DNA of 64,000 bases from Dipteris shenzhenensis. Lineage: Eukaryota. Made by a program: the position numbers and the translations under genes. The notes below the pieces were generated by a model. The model was not told where the DNA came from. It saw only the letters and a list, made by a program, of their open reading frames with translations, and searched no databases. Below, one piece after another: positions 35,230-49,400 of this stretch (the first letter of the stretch is position 1; each line of letters starts with the position of its first letter). The stretch lies in NCBI GenBank assembly GCA_047967505.1, contig CM106538.1; one strand, written 5' to 3'.

Positions 35230-38200
35230 GTGTGTGGTAGTGTGTGGAGAGAGGGATAGGAGAGAAAAGGATCGCTGCTTCCCTGGTCGTCTTTCCATCC
35301 CTCTCTAGGCGTTCTCTAGCCTCTACATCCCCTCGTCAGGGCTCTATCTGAGTCACGCTGCTCTCCTGTACTTCTATCCTTGCTCACGCCTGCTGTACAG
35401 AGCTTGCCTAGGCTTCCTTTCCCTGCGTGCAGGTCTTCTTGCCCTTTGTCTTCAGCCGCGACACCCTCCTTTCTGCTGCTCTCTTTCTGCTGCCCTTTGC
35501 ATTCTGTTTTTGCCCAAGGGGCATGTGAGTGTGGTGTGTGTGTCTGGGCATTTCTGGGTTTTTCATCGCTGGTGTGTGTACGGTTTTGATGCTTTCAGTC
35601 TCTACTAGTTCGCTTGCTCATAGGCTCTGTTTTTCCTTGCTGTTAACACATGTAATTCCTCTCCTTGTACCAACTGTTTATACTCTCTCTTAGCTGCTGC
35701 TCTTTTGCTGTCCATAAACCTTGTCTTTCAAACTCCTTTGCTCTCCCCAAAATCCTGGTTTTCCAACCTCTCTTTGTTGACCCTCAACCCTGGTTTTGCA
35801 AGCTCTCTTTGCTGTCTATATACCCCGGTCTTTCAAGCTCTCTCTGCTTTCTGATTTTCGCTGTGTGTTGGGTTATTTTCCTGGCTGAAATGGATCCAGT
35901 TCAATACAAAAGGGCCAACCTCAAGTGTCATCAAGAGTTGGTTGCAAAAGGTCCGGAACAATGCCTCAATCCTGAGCTGCAGCCTTTTGCAGACACTTTG
36001 CGGAAAGGTTTTTCTGAGATTAATCAAGCATGGATGCCGTTTCTGTTCCGGTCAAGTTTTATATGTTCCAATCATGAGCTTGGCCCAAAAAAGCAGTTGT
36101 TTTTTTCTCTCGGAAGGATGCCTGATGCAGCAAATGTGGGACAATGGTTGAAATATGTCTTGAAGGGTGGGATGTTGCAGGTTCTTATAAGGCTACCAAG
36201 GGATTTTATGAGTTATCATACATGCTCAATACAAGCAAAAGTTTTTGGAGAAATCGATTGGTGCACGTATATGCGTGGATGCCTACTAAGGATTACTAGA
36301 GTGTTATACGGCACAATGCCTATCTTTGTGGAAATGGTAGATTTACCACTATATTGCAAGCCAACTTTGCCGTACTTAGCAGAGGCTTTGAGGAAAGTGG
36401 CTTGTCCCGCATGCTCTTCTAGCAATTCCAGTCATTTTTGTGTGTTGTCCTCCACATGTGGCTTTATAAGTAGATATGCCGGGTATGCCTTCTCAGCAGG
36501 TCTTTTTTAAATTGAAATGGTGCAATTTTACAGGAGCTTGCTTTGAGTGTGGAAAGTTTGGGCACATGCAATCAGAGTGCCCTCAGCTTCTGTAGAAGCA
36601 TCCCCCCACAACTGCAACCCCTAATGATACTTCTTTGCCACGGCCATGTATCATGCAACAAACTCGTGGTTTGGGGACAGCAACCTCACCCAAGGCTAAT
36701 GACAAGAGCAAGGCTAAAATGCCTTCTACAACCTCCAAGACAGGGATAAAATGGCAACTAGGAAGGAAGACGCTTGTTCTTTATTTATTTTCCAAAAAGA
36801 TTACTTCATTAAGTATTAATGAAAACCGCAAGAGCAAGCTCTAATGCGAAAGTACATCATGCCATGCATGAGAAAAAAACCAGCTCAAAATGAGCTAACC
36901 AAAAACCAAGGTGGAGTCTGAAAATGCCACCTCAACCCTAAAGGAGACTCAGAGAAGAAAGGAGATCCCCTCCAAACTCTGAAAAAAGTCTCTCTCCGGG
37001 CTGTAGCTACTCTGGAGGATCCCTGCATGCTCACACAGATGGCCATCAGTGTGTGTATAGTATCAGTCCATATACTGGCCCTAGACTGGGAAGGGTGAAC
37101 CTGGGAACCCTCCATCGCCTCCATACACCTGGCCCTACAAATATGCCAAGCTGCAATGCTAGCCAGAATCTCCCATGATGTGTCTACCGAGACATGAGCA
37201 ACTCTGAAAGGAGTGAAGGGAACATCTTGGAGAGAACATGACTCCACAGAGTGTCATCGTATAATGAAGGCTGAGTCTGAGTCATGTCCCTCGAAAAAAA
37301 CCTTATGGCCAGTAAGAGAGAACCATGCCACTGATCCCCAAGTCATGAACAAGGGTGCTCTATGAAATATGCTAAATATCCTGGCAACACCCTTCCAGAT
37401 TGTCCTCGCATGTCTACACTTGCAAAGGCAGTGCTGAACTGACTCAACTGCTACATGGCATCGAGGACAAGTAGGGTCAACCCAGAACCTGGATCTCCAA
37501 CACAAGTTCACTGCAATTCGTCCATGAATAGAAAGCCAAAAGAAGAGAGTGATCTTTCTATTCCTCTTGAGGGATTTCCAAAGCCTCCTCCAAAAGACGC
37601 TTATTCTGATTGGCAACAACCTAGAAATTGCTTAAGCCGAGACCTATGGCTAGTAAAAACTAGACGGAGACTGAATCCACTTCTAAGAAGGCTGCTGTAG
37701 CTAACAGTTTCTGGGGTTGGCAGGCTCTGGTCTACAATGATTCGTGCGAATCCTCTATATCTTTCACATATGGCAGCCATTTCACCGAACAATCTTGCCT
37801 CTTCCACACGTATTTCCAATGATGAACAAGGGAATGCTTATGATGGGTATGCTGGCTCACCACATCCCGGTGCAACCATGCAGGTTGAGACTTGAAGTTG
37901 CAGCCCACTCAAATGCTTTTCGTATAATGCTCGGGGCCTCTGTAATATAAATAAGTGAATATTGGCTTGGGATTACATAGTTAATCAAAAGCCACATATT
38001 AAATTTTGCAATAATACAATCGGCACTTTTTTGCAGGCCATGAAGGTTTCTTTGGGGGATTTCATATTCAGCAGTTGCTATGCTGATACATCATGATTTA
38101 CAACCGTTGTTGGAATATAATGACCCACTTTGTCATTAGCTGTTTGTCAGATGCTTTAATTTATGTCTCCCATACATCTGCAGTTCAAGCTAAGGCGTGA

Positions 38201-39700
38201 AATCATTTGACCAACTATCCCTAGAGAGGAAATGCTTTCATATGTGGGATTTTAACAATTCCCCTTCCACTAAGGATAGCAGTACTCATCGATCTCACAT
38301 GTTATGGAGAGAACAAGATGTCTGGACACAAACGTCTCATACTTTGCATGCTTGTCGCTTATGGTATACATTTCATCTTAATGCATTCACTCAGTATTGG
38401 GATCGGTTAGATCGATGGTACATGGCAATTTGATGATATAACTTGTGAGATGGGTTTGGATTATACTTTGCATCTATCAGATCACTTTCTGATATATATC
38501 ACTTTGCATTTTGGTCCTCCGGTACATGATGTGCTGTCATTGCCTTGTAGAAGGCTCTTATTGGTTAACAATTCATATCTAAAGCATCATGACTTTACAG
38601 TTATGGTCAATGATCTCATTCGCAGACGTGTTTTGCATGCACCAGCAAATGTCAACTCTTCTTGGGTATGCAGGATTTGATCAAAAGTCATGGCAAATGG
38701 TACCTAGGGTGATCTACGTCAAAAGGTGGCTAATTCAAAGGATCAAAATCAGCAATTAACAACTGCTGCGCAGCAACGTCAACTGTCTCAGGATGAGCAA
38801 TCTATCTTTCAAGCTGCCCTCCATTGTTTGGCTGAGAACGATCAAACCATGTTAACAAAATGGCAGCTACGTTCTCATCGAAAAGGACAAGCTGTTCTTC
38901 TAAGGCTTTTTTTTTAAGCTTGCATACCTCCCAATAGATGCATTCCTTGCATCGGGTGCTGTGTCTGAATGGCTCGTGGACAATGAATAAGCAAGAGCTA
39001 GATGGGATGTCCAGCACTATTATGCTAGTTTGTTTGCAGCCCCTCCTCCTTTACCTATAGAGATTGATGCCAAGGAGGTATTTCTTAGCCATGTTAAACA
39101 AAATATCTCATTAGATGAGGCTCGTGTTTTGGAGTTGCCGAGGAGCATTGTCTAGGTTGGGATGCTCCAAATCCCCAGTCTGGGATGGTCTCACTGTTGA
39201 GGTTTTTGTTGAATTCTAGAATCAATTGAGCACTGTTCTATTGTACACGATTAATGATGCGTGGCTCCCTAGCACTATGCCGTGGAAAAAGGGATTGCTG
39301 TGTTTGATTCCCAAAAAGCCATCATACAAATATTTGTCAAACTAGAGGCCAATCACAGTCACGCCTGTGATATATAAGCTGATTTCTAAAATGTTGGTAT
39401 TGCACATATCACATTACCTGTATACGGGGTTACACCTTGCTCAGTATGGTTTGTGTCCCCACAGACAGATAATGGATAACATTGCAAATGCTTACATTGG
39501 CATTGAATATGCCAAATACATGCAACAAGATGTTTCGATCATGCAAGTGGATATTGAAAAATCATTTGACACTATTAGATGGGATTTTATTGCAGATGTT
39601 ATGCGGCGGTTCAGCTTTGGACCCAAAATGCAAAAGTGGTATACTGGCTTTATGAGGATGGCACAGCCTACCGACGCTCTGCTATCCTCTCAATGACTTG
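35230..39700 (+). mobile_element. Family B LINE copy B5, heavily decayed, 3'-truncated, interrupted by a family A fragment
   Basis: 5' end resembles 28330. ORF1 from ~35890. EN (SYNARGL, DFNNSP, RLDRW, SDH) and RT (VDIEKSFD) remnants. Ends in (TG)/(CATA) repeats at 39730-39835. Confidence 0.85.
36781..37593 (-). mobile_element. 5'-truncated family A-related LINE with 14-bp TSD
   Basis: FWRRLWKS...CPRC...WHFQTPPWF. TSD AAGACGCTT(G/A)TTCT at 36767-36780 and 37594-37607. Confidence 0.92.
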
Positions 39701-42700
39701 CTTTTTGACATACATAAATGTACATCATCTGTGTGTGCATGAATATAGATGTATATGTGTGTGCTTGTGCGTGTGCGTGTGCATGAGTGTGTGAATATAT
39801 ACATACATACATGAATACATTCGTGCATGTATGTATAAAGGCAAGATAACCGCTGCAGTCTTAACCTCATGATAGTCACCCTCAAGATACAAAACCATAA
39901 ACTCCATCATAGAAATTTCCTTGTTTCCAAGGGCAATACAGCAGAAACCCAAACGAGAAACACAGGCTTAACCTTCAAAATTCTCTTAATACTGTTTTGC
40001 AGCCAACCATTGCACCACACTTCTCCCACAATTTTGCTTGAACAAAAACACATATACACCTCAACACACCTGATCTTTCCTTGGGACGTCATTCCTTATC
40101 CATCTTCGACACAAAACATAGAGAGAGGTCGAATCAGAATCAGCTGCAACACTCACCTAACCAAAAAAGGAGAAAAAAAGGTTGAGCAGCAGCACACAAT
40201 TCCAATAGTTCAAAACTAGAAGCCAAAGTGTTTTGATGTTGAAATGAAGAAAGAGCAAGGAATGAATATGAATGTATCTTCAAGGCAGCCAAACGTCTAA
40301 AAATTAAATGCTGAATTTTACCAGCTTTAACAAAATGAATGTCTAGATCCAAGCATCAAAACATACACTCGCCTGTAGCTTTAGGTTTGCCTGTATCCCG
40401 CTTGCCTTAGCACTCACTCCATTGCACAAGAGACACTTCCTATAAAGTGCCTAAAGTTCCTTGATTCACTTCTTAACATACATGAGCAGGTCTTGTAAAT
40501 TGAGACTCTACAGCATAGCCACTTTAAAGACACTTGGTTGTTACAAGGTTAGTACAATAAACAGCCTTGCAATGTCATCCGGGTTGCTAAGTAATCAAGG
40601 GATCTTTTGCATGCACGGAAGGATTCAATGCTGAGGTGAAACGCTACAAGTATCGGGACCTTACCATCCAAGCTTTCACTTTCAGCACCATTTCAAACTG
40701 GTCTCAAGACCAACAAGACGGCAATAAAGACAACTAACCAGCTAAAGACGTCACACAAGAATATTCAGCAAGTAACCCAAACACAGATTGGGGGAGCTAG
40801 AGCGCTCCTACTCAATAGCAAACACAGACTGGGCCCAAAGCCTTGGCGCCCCTTCAGGTCTCTCTTTATTAATTGGAGAGTCCAGCAAGTAGATTACACA
40901 ATGAACTCAAACTCACTTGCATTCAGTGCTCTTCCCACTCTCAGTAGGCACCAGTATCCCAACCATTAGCGCCCTGCTCTCAAATCCCAATGGCAATAGG
41001 CATCCAATTCAGTGCAAACACCTCCATAAAACTTGGGCTCTTGCTAGCAGCCCATACGGGGTCACACAACTCCCCAAACTACCACAAGTGACCACTGACT
41101 CACTGGAATACCCAAGCAATGGGTTAAAGCATAGTTAACCTGCCCAATCCTTGGAAGCAGGAACTTGCTCTGCAAGCATTCACTGTGTATCACCCTGCCA
41201 AGCAATTATGTCCAAAAACACAGCTCACTACCCAATAGCAATAACTAAAAAGCATGAGTAAATTCTTTACCAGCCCGGAGCCCAAGCTCATCCACAGCCA
41301 ATGCACATCACCTGGAAAGCTTTCTATACACACTGCCACACAGTTAGCTGCCCAAGCATCCTTAGCTCAAATGCACGTGCACCTAGCCCACGGCCTCTGC
41401 AAACAGCCCACGAGTTGTACGGCTGATCAACATTAACTATTCACAAGTCCGTACAACCTGTACGGAGTGCTTCAAAGCTCCCACGTATGGCTGTACGGCC
41501 TACACCAGAACTGTACGAACTCCAAACTGTCTGCTTCAAGACCCTCTACGTACGGCTGTACAGATCTGTCCATCGCCTATCGTACAGCTGTACGAGCAGC
41601 TTCACAATCGTGCAGATTTCAACGTCTACCGTACGGCTGTACGAAATGCTTCAGTACTGTCCTGTGTCTACCATACAGTTGTACGGACTATTTCATAGCA
41701 TTCAATGCACCGCCTTGTTGACCAACCTTTCAGCCCATTTTTCCCCGCTCTGTGAAAACACCTTCCGTGACTTTTTCCCTTCCTGGGACCTTCCACAGAC
41801 CACCTTGCTAATTGCATTTTTGCATGGACATGCCACATGAAAGCCCACGTTTTTAAAAATGCCCCCAAGTCCCAAGTGATCAAAGCAATGACCAACTTTA
41901 AAGCTCATTTGCCCCTTGTCCCTTCTAAGGGGGCCAAACCAATGGCCAACCTCAATCCTAAGGGTACTTTGCCCCCTCTTTGGACTTATTGGACTTGAAC
42001 GTCTCATTTATCCCACTAACTCAGGTGGCAGTATGTTGACAGTATCAAACCACAATTCCCTAGGGGGAAAACTTGCACATCCATACCTCGCGGCTTTGCC
42101 AGCTAGTTTTTCTTGGTCGTGCCTACATGCAAGTACAAAACTCATGCCCTCATGACATACCCCTCTCTTGAAACATGACACGCAACCTCAATTGCATCAA
42201 GATGTTACAAAAATATATAGTAACTGAAATACATGTGAATATACCAACATGAAAGCATGTATTACCATTTGAGACAGCATATATGATTGTTCAAAACCTA
42301 GGATAGCAATCTATATAAACTGCAAAAACCAACTCATAGTGATTAGTACACTTATCATAGAAGTCTCAAGGCAGATATACTATCAACAAACATACAATGT
42401 CACCAAGAGATCTCTAGATATCTGAGCTTGTCTGTGGAAAAGGAACAAAGGTACTACCCCTCTCTTGAGCATTAGACAATGCTACAGACCTACGCTTTGT
42501 TGAGCCTGACGGAGCCACAAGTGAAGTCGGCTCAAGCTGAAAAGATTCTAGATAGCGCTATAATAACTGAGGTTTATATGCCAGATCATCCTCTTCCAAC
42601 CACTTTGCATGCAATGAAGATACGAAGTAGCGGGGTGGTAAATTCTACCTCTGATCTTCCTTTTCTTATGTGGAACTAGGATCTCATCAAGCTTCTCAAC

Positions 42701-44800
42701 CTCTAGTTGCATCTCAACAGGCATATCCTCTAGCACATCGCCCTTGAGGCATATCCTCTAGCACATCGCCCTTGAAAGGCTTAAAGAGACTCACATGAAA
42801 AGCATTGTGAATCCTCCAATGATTCGGTAGCTTCAACTTGTACCTATATCGCTTAACTTCTCTGAAACTTAAAAACGCCCATAATATCTCATGCTGAGCT
42901 TGGGGAACAACCGGTCTTTGCCCCTCTTCTTTTTCAACCTTGCCTTTTCGAAACACAAAAGAACCCAGTCACCTTTGTTAAAGATCAATTCACGACGGTG
43001 ACGATCAGCTGCCTTCTTTTTTTTTGGCCTGAGTCTTCTGGAGAGCCTATTTCACCTTTATATGCCACATCCATGCTTTCAACATACTTATCAACCTCAA
43101 AAACCTTATCATTAGTATGCAAGATAGGCGAAACTTTCCTACCCCCTTCCACTATTGCAAAAGGAGCTTCTCCCAATGGAAGTATGCACAGTATGGTTGT
43201 AGGAAAATTACACTAAGGGCAAATACTACTTCCATTGTGTCTTATGCTCATACACATAACATTTCAGCAAATCAAGAGCAGTGGAATTAGCCTCTTCGGG
43301 TTGCCCATCTGACTAAGGATGAAAGGAAGATGAAAATCTCAATGTAGTGTCCATATTCTTAAAGAGCCCTCTCCAAAATAGACTCGTCATACGCGGATCT
43401 CTGTCACTCACGATAGACTGAGGCATCCCATGATATTTGAAAATGTTCTACATGAACAACCTTGGCACGTGATCCGCTGTAATTTTCTTCCTCAATGGAA
43501 TAAAGTGTGCCTGCTTGCTGAATCGGTATATAATAGTCCAACGGCCATCATTCCCTGTAGATGTCCTAGGAAGATCAAATATGAAATCCATGGCAATGCT
43601 CCCTCACGGTCTATCTAGGATTGGCAATGGTTGCAACAATCCAAGTGTCTTTTGTTGGTAAAACTTGACCTTCTGGCAAATGATGCATGTTCAGACAAAG
43701 GCATCCGCATCCCCTCTCAAAGCTGGCTAATAGAAAAAGTGCTCCACTGCTTTCACCATGGCATCAATGCCTCTATGCCTTGCATACGGTGGAGCATGAC
43801 TTTCTATCATAATCTTTACTTTGTGACACAAAGGCGTCCATGCATCATAATAAATCCATCTCTGATACCATAATGGTCATGCCGTTGATTATTAGACATC
43901 TGATCATAAATCCTAGAAAAATCCTCATCCTGAGCATACTGGTCCTTCATTGCATCTAACGCACTGTGTGGTAAGCAAGGGTTACTCCGGAAACCTGAGG
44001 CTTCCTTGACAATGCATCGCCCACTACGTTCTTTTTATCTTCAACATGTACTATCTGGAAGTGAAATATAGATAAGAAATTGGACCAATGCATATGCTTC
44101 TCAGATAATTTTGAATGAGTGAGGAAATATCTCAAAGACTGATGATCTGTCTGCACTATGAAATCAGCCCCAAGTAAATAGTGCTTCCATGTAGCAAGGG
44201 CATGAATTACAGCCAACAATGCCTTTTCATTAATGCCCAAATGTCCCTCATCATCCTGCAAAATCCTACTCTCATAGGCCACTACCCGTCCTTCCTGCAT
44301 AATTACCACTCCAAGGCCATTCTTCCCACATGCACCAGCTTGAACATGAAAAGCTTTCCGCAGACTTGGTAAGATCAACACTAGATCTGTGGTAAGCTTT
44401 TCTTTAGCATCTCAAATGCTGCAATCTGATTCTCAGCCCATATGAAGGATGCTTCCTTCTTCTGCATAGCATAGAGAGGTGAAGCAATTTCAGCGAAAGG
44501 GTGTATGAACCGCCTATAGTACGAGCATAAGCCCAAAAAGCTTCGTACTTCATGCAAATTTTTCAGCTCTACTCGCCAATTGTGAATTGCTTCAATCTTA
44601 GCAGGATCCATGCGCACTCCAACTTTAGAGACAATGTGTCCCTAAAAGTGAATCTCAGGCATAAAGAATTCACTATACTTGCATTTACAATCAGCCTATT
44701 CTTGCTGAGTTCTGCAAATACTATTACCAGATGCTTCCTATCTCTACCTCATCTTTTGGGTACACTACCATATCATCGAAGAAAGTGTCCACAAAAGACC

Positions 44801-45262
44801 TATTACGCTCTAGCCGAGGTAGCATGACCTCGGAAGAATCAGTCGACATTTCCCTTATAGGATCTATCTTTGTAATATATGTGTTTGCGCTTTATGTAAA
44901 TGATCGGGAGGGATTTAATGTCAAGGTCCTAGGTGAGGGCTGATAGCACCAGACTAGATAGATCTGAGACCAAGGGCCTAGTGCTAAGATTGTGCCTAGG
45001 GGCAAGGAATTGAATGCATCCCAAGAGAGGGGTGAAATGTTGCATTAGGAAGGCCCTATATGGATGGCATGTGGCATCTAGATCTATCTAGGGATTTGGG
45101 GTTTGCTAAGGCTAGTGAGAGAAGAGAAGGAATGGATTTATGTGAATTTCAACATAGATCTCTGCCTTGCTTTGTGCCTTAGCAGAATAGGCTGGGAGGA
45201 GAATCATGGTGCTACTCCCGTGATCTGCAGTAGAGGCTAGTATAGAGAATAGTTGGTTGACA
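44801..45262 (+). repeat. 5' LTR (462 bp; begins TA instead of TG)
   Basis: Matches 51193-51654 with 3 G/A differences found by eye. Confidence 0.97.
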
Positions 45263-45264
45263 AT

Positions 45265-45276
45265 TGGTATCAGAGC
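45265..45276 (+). promoter_or_regulatory. Primer-binding site for initiator tRNA-Met
   Basis: TGGTATCAGAGC, 2 nt after the LTR end. Confidence 0.95.
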
Positions 45277-46484
45277 TCGGTTGAGTGAGCAAGGGACGGG
45301 AGACGTTGTTTGTGAAGGGCCTGCGAGGGGACTTGGATCCCTGTAACGACGTGACGTGACCTTAGAAATAAGGTGACAGTTGGTATCATCACGCACGTTG
45401 ACGAACTTGAAGGCTGGCTGGCCGACGAGCAGTAACGGGCTAATGGCGCATGCAAGAGCTCACAAGCTGGATGTTTGGCATCGCGGGAGCTATGTGCTTG
45501 GCCCAAGGATCAGCCTTGGCCCGTCGCGTGGGCAAGGATCCATCTGAAGGTCGCGTGAGCTCGTGGAGGACCTGGTATGCACGTCGTCCGGGGGCTTGGC
45601 CAGAACTGTCGATGCACAGGTTGGTGGCTTGGAGGCATATTTCATCACGGACTCTTCCGCTCGTCAATTGTGTCTTGGTTGGAGAGGGGCTGCGCCTTGG
45701 CGCCTAGCTTTCTTGACATGTGAGCTCGGTTGGAGAGGGCAGACGGTTCCAAGTGACTCTTCCTACTGGTTAGTCACAAGGCCCTTGCTGGGCCACGTGT
45801 GGTGTTTCGGGAGTGCCATACATGAATGTTGGCCTCCACCCGCTGGTGGAGGCCTATAACGCAAAGCGTGATCGTCGAGTTCTGGAGCGGACGACAGGTT
45901 AGGAGCGCAGAGGCGACGCAGGACAATCTGGTGACCCGTAATGAGCTGTGACCTGCTTCCCTGGTGCACATACGCTCAAGATCTCCAACGCCAAGCAGCC
46001 TGTACATAAGCTGTGACTGCAGACTGGTCGCAGGAGTGCGGGAGACTATTGGCTGGATTTGCATGGAACCAAGACGGCTGTGACGAAACCGTTGATGACC
46101 AGGGAGCTCTCTTTGACCTCCATCAGTTTCGTGTTTTTTTTTCCTTCTCGATTTAGTCAGTTGATGCTCTACTCCATAGACAGGATCTCGTGAGTGATCA
46201 GCCTGCATGAAGCTTGGATGGTAGCAGGGACAGATTATGCTTGAGACTATGCCTGTGTATTTTAGTCTGAGTTGACTTGCAGGAATTTCCCTAGTATAGG
46301 GAAAGCAGGATTTGGGATATATGCATGTATCAAATGCCTAGTTAGTGTGAATCTGGGATTGCAGGTATTCCCTAGTATAGGGAATTGTGTCAGAGTGTCA
46401 GTACACTGAATTGCATCAGTTTGTAAATACAGTTTTCTAGCTGTGTCTTTTTTTTTTTTTAAAGAAAACCACCCATTGACCTGA

Positions 46485-49400
46485 ATGGAACCAGAAGAAG
46501 GGGCTTCCAGGAGGGACCCTGGTGAATCAGGAGTCCGGCCGACCCAACAGGGATCGCGCCCAGTAGCTCACACTTTATCTGGCAGAATTGCATTGCTGGA
46601 GGATGCCTTGCAACAGTTGTTAGCGCAGCAATTACAAGCCAACGCAGGACAATCTGAACTTAGGAGAGCGTTACAGAGTATGTCTGCCAGACCTTCTCGA
46701 GAAGAGAAGGGAAAGGCTCCAATGGAATTGGAGTCTAGTGTCCATATGGTCGAGCCTAGTAAGGCTAAAGTGCCGAATATTGCGAATTACAGACCGGAAA
46801 AGTATTCTGGTCGGATGAACGACCGTAGCTCCGATGTCATTGAGACCTGGTTACACAAATGGGACGAGGCGTTCGCCATTTGTGAGATCAGAAATGACAT
46901 CAAAAAGATCCGCGAGGCCACCCATATGTTTAGTGAGGCTGCGGATCGGTGGTGGATTAAACAACAAAAAGATGGCATAGCATCCACTACCTGGGAGGGG
47001 TTTAAAAGAGAGTTCAGGAAACACTTCTTACCTCCTGACGAGGCATCCCGAGCTTGGGATCAATATAGGAACCTTCGTCAGAGAAATTTATCAGTGGCAG
47101 AATACACTGATAAGTTTCGAGAGAGTGTAATGAAGGTTGACGAACCCCTGCCTCAATCAATCCAAGTGAAAGATTTCATATTTGGATTGAATGATCGAAT
47201 AAAAATGGAAGTTCGGGCTAAGTACACGAACACGCTAGATGATGCAATAGCTATAGCCCTGAACTACGAGGATGCCAAGGGCAGCAAGCCAAGTGGGTTT
47301 GCACAGGTCGGAACCCAGTATGGGTATCCGAAGAAATCTGGGTTTAAGAAGAAGTGGGCTAGTAGAGGGAGTGGTTCGCAGCCGAGTGGTCAAGCCAAGC
47401 AGGCGAGACCGGCTGAAACTCCTAAACCAAGTACCACCATTGGAGTGAAGAGGAAAGTAAATCCAATGGCAGCCCGGGCTTGGTCTAAGTCTCCCTTGAA
47501 CCCAGAACAAAGGGAAAAAGCGAGGAGAGAAGGATTATGCTTTGGTTGCCTTCAACCTCATCAGTGGAGAGATTGTATACGTAATAAAGATCGTCGGATG
47601 GCTGAGATGGTGATCTCAGAGTGCGACGTGGAGATGCAGGGAAGTCCCAGAGCGGAAGAGATGCAAGCGGGATCTTCTCAGAGGTTAGTACCTTGTTTGT
47701 TCTGTGTGTCTGTTACTAAGTTAGTGACGAGTGCACCTGATAACATCCTATCTAAGCCCGCAGCAACGGGGTATACAGCCTTCAATGATACGGAGTTAAT
47801 CAAAATGAAAGGGCAAGTGGCCAGTCATGATGTCATTGTGTTGTTTGACTCAGCGTCAACTCACAATGTGATTAACTCCAAGCTCGTGAAGAGGCTGAAA
47901 TTAAAGACAAGTCCATCTGACTATGCGTATACAATCAGGATGGCCGATGGAAGTTCAACTGAAGTATGGGACCAAAGGGTTACCCAGTTAGAGCTTCGGA
48001 TTCAGGACTATGCTGAGAAGCTTGATTTTGAAATAACCAAGCTTGCTCATGCGGATATAGCCCTGGGAATGGCGTGGCATTCTAGGAAGAATCCAGCCAT
48101 TGATTGGAAAAAGCACGTATATCAATTCAAGATGAATGATGTGCTTTATGTCTTGCGAGGTGAAAAAGATATACCTCAGGGACCGTTGGTTTCCGTGATG
48201 GAAATCAGAAAGGCTCAAGTAGAGTTTTTATACCTTTGCACAGCATCGGTAGAGTCGGTGGATGAGTCTTCGGCTAGCACTGATGTTACGCAAAGTGATG
48301 AGATGGCCAAGCTGGCTAATCTTATAACAGAGGAGTTCTCTGAATGTTTTAGGGATGAACTACCTTATGGGTTACCTCCAGAGCGGAAAGTTCAGCATAA
48401 GATTGAGCTGATCCCGGGGGCAGAACCTGTAAATAGACCTCCCTATAGAATGAGTTTTACTGAAGAAGCGGAGGTGCGTAGGCAACTGGAAGAATACCTC
48501 AAGTTGGGGCAGATTCAACCAAGTTTCTCACCTTTTGCTTCACCAGTGATATTAAAGAAGAAAAAGGATGATACGTTTCGCCTCTGTATAGATTACAGAG
48601 CATTGAATAATATCACTGTTAAGCACAGGTATCCGATGGCTCGGATTGATGATTTGCTAGATGCACTACATGGAGCCGTGATTTTCAGCAAGATAGATCT
48701 TAAGTGCGGCTACCATCAGATCCGGATTAGAGCCGAGGATGTGCATAAAACCGCTTTCAGGAGCAGGTTTGGTCATTATGAGTTTTTGGTGATGCCCTTC
48801 GGACTTACCAATGCTCCAGCGACCTTCGTCATGCTTATGAACGATTTACTACGTCCGTATATCGGAAAGTTCGTAGTACATTTTATTGACGATATCTTGA
48901 TATTCAGTAAAAGTGTTACTGAGCATTGTGAGCACTTAAGGATAGTGTTCAGTACTTTGAGGAAAGCCAGTCTTTACGTGAATAAAAAGAAAACTATACT
49001 GTGTATGGTTAGGCTTGAGTATTTAGGGTTCATAATTACTCCACAGGGGGTAGAAATGGATCCGAAGAAAGTGGCTGCGATACTAACTTGGCCAATCCCT
49101 CAGAGTCTGACCGCGTTTGCGATCATTCTTGGGATTTGTCCAGTTTTATAGAAGGCATATCAAAGGATATTCCGGAATAGTATCGCCATTGACTGATCTG
49201 ACCTCAGATAAAGTACCTTTTATTTGGGGACAGAATCAACAGGAAAGTTTTAACACCATAAAACAAGCTGTGGTCTCAGGACCGGTGTTAAAAATAGTTG
49301 ATCCCCAGAAACCGTTGTTCCTAGAAACCGATGCAAGTGGCATTGCGGTAGGAGCAGTCCTCCTTCAAGAGGGAAGGCCAGTAGCCTTCGAAAGCAAGAA

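Noticed and set aside
42719-42774. 28-bp tandem duplication
   Set aside because: Ordinary decay lesion in a dead pol gene.
49110-49151. Programmed ribosomal frameshift in the chromovirus
   Set aside because: It lies inside RT, not at the gag-pol boundary, has no slippery heptamer, and one extra T explains it.
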